A stretch of DNA of 59,585 nt, counting the filler, from Catajapyx aquilonaris (lineage: Eukaryota): assembly GCA_000934665.2 (NCBI GenBank). It is 4 parts of 4 records of this genome, joined end to end, with 100 filler letters (N's around TTAATTAATTAA, not from the genome) between each part and the next. Parts side by side here need not be neighbours in the genome. Positions count along the whole stretch, not along the records: positions 44,761 to 59,585 come from JYFJ02007678.1; 3 more parts are not named here. One strand, 5' to 3'. Below the pieces are notes generated by a model. The model made no database searches, was not told where the DNA came from, and saw only the letters and a program-made list of their open reading frames with translations. Both the position numbers and the translations under genes were made by a program. Position 1 is the stretch's first letter. The number at the start of each line of letters is the position of its first letter. Positions 52,061-59,585 of this stretch are shown here, piece by piece.

Positions 52061-52648
52061 TGAGGGGTGTACTAAAATGATTTACAATTTATTTGTTTGC
52101 CACAAATACAGTGCCCACTCAGGTCAGCAGATAGTCACATATTATAGACAGATCCTCTTGGAGCCGAATACACAGAAGTCATAAGTGTGGAACCTCTCCG
52201 TGCCCTCCAGGAACAATTTTTTGGAGGTTCGGCGAACCCCGTCCCGGACAACTGATTACAGTCAACAATGTCCTCGAAATTGCATCAGTGAAGGTGTTTT
52301 TTCATGGATCTGAACAGGTGAAAGTCACTGGGGGCCAAGCTGGGTGAGTGCATCGGGTGTGGAAGCACTCACACCCAGATCCATGGAAAAAACCCTTCAC
52401 CGACGCCATTTCGAGGACACTGTTGACAGTTGTTTACGTCGCTGATAGTGCACAGTTGTCAGGTATTGGGTGCATGGCACCTCCAAAAGGTGGTTCCTGG
52501 AGGGCCTGGAGAGGTTGACACGCCTGTGGTGGTAGTGAATTCGGCTCCAGGAGGATTCTATTGATAATGTGTGACTATCTGCCGACCTGCACGGGCTCTG
52601 TATTTGTGGCAAAAAAATTAATTGTAAATCATTTTAGTATGGGACTCG
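52061..52648. mobile_element. Foldback mariner-derived MITE
   Basis: TA|TGAGGGGTGTACTAAAATGATTTACAATT ... AATTGTAAATCATTTTAGTATGGGACTCG|TA. The arms pair to the centre (TTTTTTCATGGATCTG / CAGATCCATGGAAAAAA). Confidence 0.82.
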
Positions 52649-53481
52649 TACATTATCCCAAGATATGTGGCATTCACAAAAGCAACTGATGCAGTTACTT
52701 TGCTTGGACTTACAATAAGAAATTACTTCCTTATTATTCCAGAATGGGGAATGTTTTTTGAAGAATCCCACGAACACTTCACGCTGTCCTTTCCCCCCTG
52801 CCCACATACGCTCGTACAACTGACCAGTTAGTTCCATGAGTAGATTTATTTTTTGTTTCTTTTAAAAATATAACAGACAACTACAACTACAAAACTTCCA
52901 AATCCTGATATGAAAGATTTGCATTGGTAATACAGGTAACATGGAGTGATGTGGTGAACTGAAGTCTCTCTCTCTCACACTGATTTATGAAAACGACATC
53001 AACTTTGGCCAAATCCTCCACGCATGGGTTTTGTCAGTGCAACATTCACTATGAATAACTGCTTGTGTTTGGCACATTCAATGAGCAAGCACCGAGCAAG
53101 CAATATATTTTTCTCGTACATTTTCACCCAGAGTATAAAGAAGCACTCACATTTTCAAGGTAAGACAAGCGAGTTACGAGTGTGAGTGAACTGCAGTGTA
53201 GTTACAAAAAAAATTTCACTGCCCAACAAGTTGAAAATATCTTGATAGTAACTGCATAGATTTGACATAAGAGCAAATATTTGCGAACATGTAACCAATT
53301 ACGGTACAATAATGAACATAGTAAGGTCTATGATAATGACTAATGAGTAAATGAAAAATAAGGTGAATGAAGCAAGCACAAAATATCGCTTCCAGATAGT
53401 CTACAACTATAATAAATTGTAATTACAACTCTCTGCCTGCTGCTGTTGCTCCTTATTGAAGTGCTTGTCGCCTGATGTCCT

Positions 53482-54802
53482 TCAAATATACTCTTTGGTG
53501 TCCTTGGTCGAGTTCAATGTCAGGGATGGGCATTCCCGACGAAGAGTAGTCATGCCTAGTTCAGAAAGGAAAGAAACCAAATTAATGAAATAAAGTCGGC
53601 CATTATATCTGTACATTCAAGAATTTTCGGCCTAAATCCCAGAACTCTATAGGAGCGTTCTCTAAGACCAAGACAAAAAGAGAGGGGGAGAATGGGACAG
53701 AGACAGAGTGCTGGGAGATAGGCGTCCAAGTGAAATAATAATCTAATATGTTAAAAAATGTCCATTACCTGGAAGTGGCATTTTCATGTGCTTCCTCAGG
53801 TACAGGTAAGCCTTTCGAGACATAGCTCTCAATGTAAGGGCCTTAGAGATAGTTTGTTGGTCCCATTTCACCCTTTTTCCAGTGGTGAGAGCACGTATCT
53901 GCCTGGGCGTAAATATTTTACTTAAAACTTTTGTCACTTTGTCATCTACAGAAGAGTCTATTTTGGTTTGTTTTGCTTTGAAAGCTCTTTTCTGCTGACT
54001 GCAAATCTTCTTGTAATTTTGTACTTCCAAGGCTCGAGCTGTATTCGAAGCAGTAAGGTTTGCAATAGTCTTCTTCAGTTGCTCATTTTCTCGAAGTAAA
54101 CTATTTTCCCTTTTTTTCTGTGCAGGACTGCTGAGGATGCTGTCTGTTTGAGTTTCTGATGTACGCGACCTCTTAATGAGTGATACATTTTCCAGAGTGT
54201 CAATAGCCCGCTTCCGTATGCTACATGTACTATGTCTCTTTCCCCTTCTATCCCCCCCACTAGTTGATGGATGCGAAATTGGTGTGTCAATATTTGACGA
54301 ATGAGTAGCAGCCACACCACTCGTAGATGGTTCATTAATTATTGACTCCTGTAGCGAGAGAAAAATTATTTTTTTAAATAAGTTTATCGTAATAGATACA
54401 TACCAATCCTGTGGCATCAAACGAAGTTCCGGCAGATGTACAGTCAGGTGAGGCAGGTAAAACTTCATCATTTTCAGGATACCCGGCCACTTGCGGAACT
54501 GCAGTGGTAGTTTCTTCTGCAACAGTCAATTTGCGTGACGGTATTGCACCAGATTTCAATCTTCTTTTGGACGGTAACCCTAGCAACTCGCTACGTAAGT
54601 CTCTTTCATAGTCATCCGGAATAAAATGATCTGAACATATTCTGGCTGCTTTAACATTCACTACATCACCCCTTTTACACTTGACCAGCCACTGCTTGCA
54701 CAGGGTAGGATCCTTCGGAAAGCTGTGATAGATTACATTTCTTTCGCGAGTTCTGCTATTATAATTTTTGCAAATAGCCACTGCACACTCCGATCCGCCC
54801 AT
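53482..54802 (-). CDS. THAP-domain P-element/THAP9-type transposase N-terminal half, lacking the catalytic domain; exons 54802-54404, 54348-53769, 53555-53482 (~350 aa)
   Basis: THAP CAVAIC..YHSFP..W..C..ICSDHF..LKSGAIPS, a coiled coil, then KWDQQTISKALTLRAMSRKAYLYLRKHMKMPLPGMTTLRR, typical of P-superfamily transposases. A stop follows shortly after. Confidence 0.8.
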
Positions 54803-54852
54803 CTTGCACCACCATACCGGCCCAGGTTTACACCGAAGGTTTACACTATGGG

Positions 54853-54854
<2 letters not shown>

Positions 54855-54882
<28 letters not shown>
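54855..54882. repeat. (TTA)n microsatellite
   Basis: Tandem run, read directly. Confidence 0.9.
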
Positions 54883-54885
<3 letters not shown>

Positions 54886-55104
54886 ACTCTAACAACCGTG
54901 GGTTTACATTACAGCTGGTTTACAGTTGTGTGTTCCCTCTGGTGGATATGACCGAAGCTTGAGTGTATGACCTTAACTGATTGCGACTGTACAATGTAGC
55001 ACTCCATTCGACTCAATTGCTCCGCATTCTCCGTTTAAAAATGTGGTGGTCGTTAATATGCGCAGTTATGGACACAATTATTCCGCCTTGTTGCCGCCTT
55101 GTTG

Positions 55105-55114
55105 TTTTGGCGCC
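55105..55114 (+). promoter_or_regulatory. E2F-type site (TTTTGGCGCC) upstream of UNG
   Basis: TTTSSCGC match in CpG-rich DNA ~180 bp before the UNG ATG. Confidence 0.5.
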
Positions 55115-55289
55115 CAAGCACGTTGTTTCGGAAGCCGGTTCGGCGCTGTTGCCACGTGGTGTCTCCTCAGTCCTCACTCACTGTCAGACTCTCAACTTTC
55201 TCAAGACGTGAAGACGTTCAACCCGCTCGGAGACAGGTACCCAAGGGTTGGCTCAGCTCTAGTCATAGCTTTCCGCAGGAGAGGCGACC

Positions 55290-58200
55290 ATGCCTGTCCA
55301 GAAGAACCTCCTGCATTTCTTCAAGCCCTCTTCCTCTGCCCCGACCAAACGTGCCTGCAGCAGTGTCTCCAATAAGCACAATGGGAAACAGGAAAAAGGC
55401 CGGAGCAGACCACTTGACACCGGGAAAGATGGGAACGATGACCAGGTATAGTGGTCGGTGACAGGCCCTTTTTACCATTATTATCAAGAGCTAAATTATG
55501 AGCTCTTGCTATTAGTAAAGGCACTGTACTTCACTTCTGAGCAGTCCAGTCAGGAATAAATTAGCGGAGACCGGAGTAGACAGAAACAGGCTCCAACACA
55601 AAAGGATGAGAGAAAATATGCATTGGGCTTGGTTTTTATAATTTTTAGTTTGTACCATATCAGTCTCTGATTGTGGTGAGGATTATTGCAGCTATGTCTG
55701 ATTGACATGGCAAAAACAAGTGTACATCTTCATCTGATGATTTTTTCCCTTCTAAATATAAGAAAGAAGTACGGTATAGATACCCTACATTTTTACCTGC
55801 ACAAAGGCAGAAATTGAATTACGAAGCAAGTTCGAATACATTGTTACCAATTAGGCTTGACTAATTTTAAAAATTTATCTGAGTGGATGTTTGTATATTA
55901 GCAAGAGCTCTTGATATTAGCATATCCGGAAAGTAAGGTCAGTTTTTTGATTAGAAAAACCACAATGCACCCCCAGAATTTTTATTTGCACATCTGAAAT
56001 TGACAACTGTCTACTTCTTTTTTCAAAATAGTTTCCAAACAAATCGAGGCATTTTTCATGGAGTTACATTCAGGAATTGCGCAAATTTAATGGCTAGCAG
56101 CAGACCTCTATGACATAGGCATACAAAATCTTGTGTAACTCAAAGAAAAATGCCTCGATTTATTTGGAAACTATTTTGAAAAAAAAAAGTAGACAGTTGT
56201 CGATTTCAGATGTGTAAATAAAATTTTTGGGGGTGCATTGTGGTTTTTCTAATAAGTAACAGACCTTACTTTCCGGATACGCTAATATTTCTGTACAACC
56301 TAGTCATTTATTTTGTGCAGCACTGCTCAGCATGTATTAGTAAGTATATCGTTCTCCATATTAACACTCATCACTTATTCAATCATATGCCATGCCGGAT
56401 CTAACATGAAAAGGCAGATCCCATCCCACCCATTGCCATGTCTCAGTGCTACCCATTTCGGGCAACCCAACACAATAATTTAGGCGTTAAGTTGCTTGAA
56501 AAGCCAATGAATTGTCATGCCAAGCATCTGATAATTTTTTAGATACCTTTAGCCAAATGCATGACATTACAACCCCATGTTTTTTTCAAACCTTTTCTTG
56601 CTGCAAATTATTTTTGCTTTCAAATTAAGTGATGAGTGAGATCTTGGATGTCGAGCAAGAATGTAGCAAGAATGAAAAATGTTAAGGAATTGGGTTGTTG
56701 AAGGGAGTGGTAGACACAGGCTTGCAAAATATGGCACAATGGCTTCAAAAATGCTGCTGTTGGCATGTTTGTGTGAAGAAGTCTGAGTAGATCTGAGTCT
56801 TCATATGGCTGTGTTAACATAATTTAGAAGAATTTTTAAAAGCATTTATGGTCAAATAGTACTTACGCCTACTTTGGGATGTGGCAATAACATCCTGCAG
56901 AGTGGTATGATTCATTCTGGAAGGGCTTTTAGTCCGAGTGTAATAGCAAATTGTGGCTGCGATAGGGCATGGAGTTGCTGTACATTTCTCACTCTATATA
57001 GTCAATTATTTTCACTATTTAAGGGCAAAATTAATTTATATACTCTACTCCTGACAGGCTGGTAACCAGGCAAAGAAACAGCGTACAAGAAGTCCAGACC
57101 CATCCACCGGGTCTGATTGTCCAAGCACTCCTCCTCCACCTTCCACCCCTCCAGCTGCCATTCCATCAACCTCTGGGTTGACTCCAGAGCAGAAGAGTCG
57201 TCTGGAGCAAAATCGGATTCATGCACAGATCCGCCTTCATTCGCGGAAGATGCCAGCATTGCACGCAAGCATGGGAGCCTCCTGGTTTAAGGCACTTGAA
57301 CAAGAACTCTCAAAACCATATTTTGATAAGGTCAGTGAGTAAACTTTTTCTGGCAAGACATAGCACATGTATTTCACGGAGAATATTATTTGCACTTTTT
57401 TTTCTGCCACTGTGGCAGTGAAATCCTAAATGTGTAGACTGCCTTGGTAGCCTTTCTTTCCTTACATTTGCTAGTACTGCATTATGAGCCACTGGTTTGA
57501 ATCCCATTTTGATATGCCTTAGGATGAAGTGACAGAAACCTTATTATCATTATGGGCTGCATTTGCCTTGCAGCTGAGCAAGTTTTTGGTTGAAGAGCGT
57601 TCATCACAAACAATATATCCACCGGAAGACCAGGTTTGGACCTGGACCAATCTGTGTACTGCCCAACAGGTGAAGGTGGTTATACTGGGTCAGGATCCAT
57701 ACCATGGACCACGCCAAGCTCATGGTAATACTTTTAGCCACAATAGGTGGGAAGATGTGTACACCTAAATGATTTGTTTTTCTGTCAGGATTATGCTTCA
57801 GTGTGCAGAAAGGAGTGGCACCACCTCCAAGGTGCGTGTAGCTGTGCATAATTAGAAATATTATACTCTTTTAAGATATTGAGAAATCATAATGGTGTGA
57901 TTCCAGCTTGGTCAACATGTACAAGGAGCTTGCTCAAGACATCTCGGGATTCACCATCCCTAAGCATGGCAACCTCACTGGATGGGCCAGACAAGGTACA
58001 TAATTATCTTCTTAAAGTTTGTGCTCCTGATGCTGTAATACTACACCAATTTACATGTTGTAGGTGTACTCTTGTTAAATGCGTGCCTCACGGTTCGTGC
58101 TCATGAAGCCAATTCCCACAAAGAAAAAGGCTGGGAGGAGTTGACTGATGCTGTGATCAAGTGGATCAGCAACAATCGCCAAGGAGTGGTATTTCTTCTG

Positions 58201-58469
58201 TGGGGATCATACGCCCAGAAGAAAGCAGCTGTGGTAGATAAGGTAATTTATTAATTCTAGCCTTAGTCTGCTTCTAGTTGTACCAGTAGGGTACTTAATT
58301 GTGTTATGATTTTTGGCAGAAGAAGCACCATCTTCTGACGTCAGTACACCCTTCTCCTCTCTCAGCCTACCGAGGATTTTTTGGTTGCCAACACTTTTCT
58401 AAATGTAACAATCTTCTTGTCAGCCAGGGGAAGACTCCCATTGATTGGAATGACTTACCAAATGAGTAA
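55290..58469 (+). CDS. UNG: Uracil-DNA glycosylase (family 1); exons 55290-55445, 57058-57330, 57574-57724, 57789-57831, 57907-57995, 58064-58242, 58320-58469
   Basis: N-terminal PIP box [62 protein letters not shown]. Confidence 0.97.
55917..56285. mobile_element. Foldback mariner-type MITE in UNG intron 1
   Basis: TA|TTAGCATATCCGGAAAGTAAGGTC ... GACCTTACTTTCCGGATACGCTAA|TA, with ~140-bp arms. Confidence 0.82.
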
Positions 58470-59180
58470 GCTTTCAGACGTTCTTACTGTCTTGTGCATT
58501 CTTAAAGTCATTGCACAGTCTTCTTGTCATTGAAAAGGAGGAGTAACTTGATTTAATTATAATTATGGGATGTGATGGTGTGATGCAGAATGATCTGACA
58601 TACCACTTTGGAAATCCTCCAGGAACAATGACTATATGTTATGCAGGTACAAAGCCTTTAATTGATGGCTTAAGTATTGTTATTATGTATACAGATTAAG
58701 CTCAAGTCTTGACAGTCTCTCCATAATTGTTTGTAAGATTATGATGGAATGATCTTGTTTGATCTGCAAACATTACAGATTGTTATAGCAGCATTAGTGA
58801 GTTAGTATGAACTGTACAGCTAGTTGCCTCTGCAATGACCCGCAGGGACAGTTTCACATAATTGTAGGCACGTGATGTGAAAGATTGATTTTGGTTGATA
58901 CAGGTTTCCAAGTGAGCAATAAGAAAGATGAGCCTTCCATATTTTGTACCTGCAAGAATTGAAAGTTGGCCTTAGAATGCCATTCTGGGTGTGTGTGTGG
59001 GGGGGATCACTTTTCTTTGTTTGACTTTTTTGCATATAAGGTTTCAACTAAACTGTATAAAGCAAATGAACATGTCTTGGATTTTTTTTATTTTTTATTT
59101 TTGTTCCGTTAGTGTGGGTTGGGAGATATTATCACTCTGTGTGAATTATGGAAATACTAATTAGGAACAAGAACAACTTT

Positions 59181-59446
59181 GGGAGGCATGGTGGTCTAGT
59201 GGTTACGCCACTGGTCAGCCAAGCGGGAGGCTGGGGTTCAAATCCTGTCCCTGTCACCTCTGCTTGGCCGGGTCTTTTGCCGCTTTTCACCCGACATGCC
59301 GGGGCAGAATAATTGCACTCCCTACTCTGCCCAGGGCCAGCAGAAAAGGTCTGGTGTATTTCACAAAGTCAGAAATGACTAAAAATTACAGTGCCCTCCC
59401 TTGGGAACCTCCCCTTCCCCCTTAAGAGGGCTCCGCCCTATCACAG

Positions 59447-59511
<65 letters not shown>

Positions 59512-59520
59512 CAACAACTT
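59181..59520 (+). mobile_element. tRNA-derived SINE with (TAA)n tail
   Basis: TGGTCTAGTGG A box, GGTTCAAATCC B box, long (TAA)n tail, and AACAACTT on both flanks. Confidence 0.8.
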
Positions 59521-59585
59521 ACAACGAAAATGATCTTGGTATCAACTGTTCAAAAAGAATTGTCCCGTCGCGTCAAGCGGGCAGC

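Noticed and set aside
2377..58469. DNA replication/repair gene cluster (WDHD1, UNG, THAP genes)
   Set aside because: The genes lie on different concatenated contigs, so there is no evidence of linkage.
1..59585. CRISPR array, rRNA or prokaryotic operon
   Set aside because: I saw no regularly spaced repeat-spacer units, rRNA-like sequence or intronless operon-like gene runs.

Overview
Eukaryotic (arthropod, probably non-dipteran insect; this is inference) genomic DNA with spliceosomal introns. The window is four segments of near-identical length (14825, 14821, 14814, 14825 bp) joined by artificial 100-bp N44-TTAATTAATTAA-N44 linkers, so adjacency across linkers is probably not real synteny. 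Segment 1 holds WDHD1/AND-1/Ctf4 (3' end missing) and the 3' end of a TXNDC16-like gene ending in HSEL. Segment 2 holds hexokinase, StARD7-like, ZDHHC16 (with a U12-type intron in the DHHC motif), RRS1 and an unexplained 1.3-kb stretch. Segment 3 holds a GCC2/GCC185-like golgin (3' end missing) and a multi-exon THAP gene bracketed by ~250-bp direct repeats. Segment 4 holds a MIEAP-domain gene, a spliced but catalytically truncated THAP/P-element-type gene, and UNG. Introns and intergenic DNA are rich in tRNA-derived SINEs, mariner remnants and foldback MITEs. The best leads are the THAP gene with an apparently duplicated GCC2 promoter and the repressor-like P-element derivative head-to-head with UNG. 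I found no convincing wholly new system. All family calls come from recognising motifs by eye, not from database searches.
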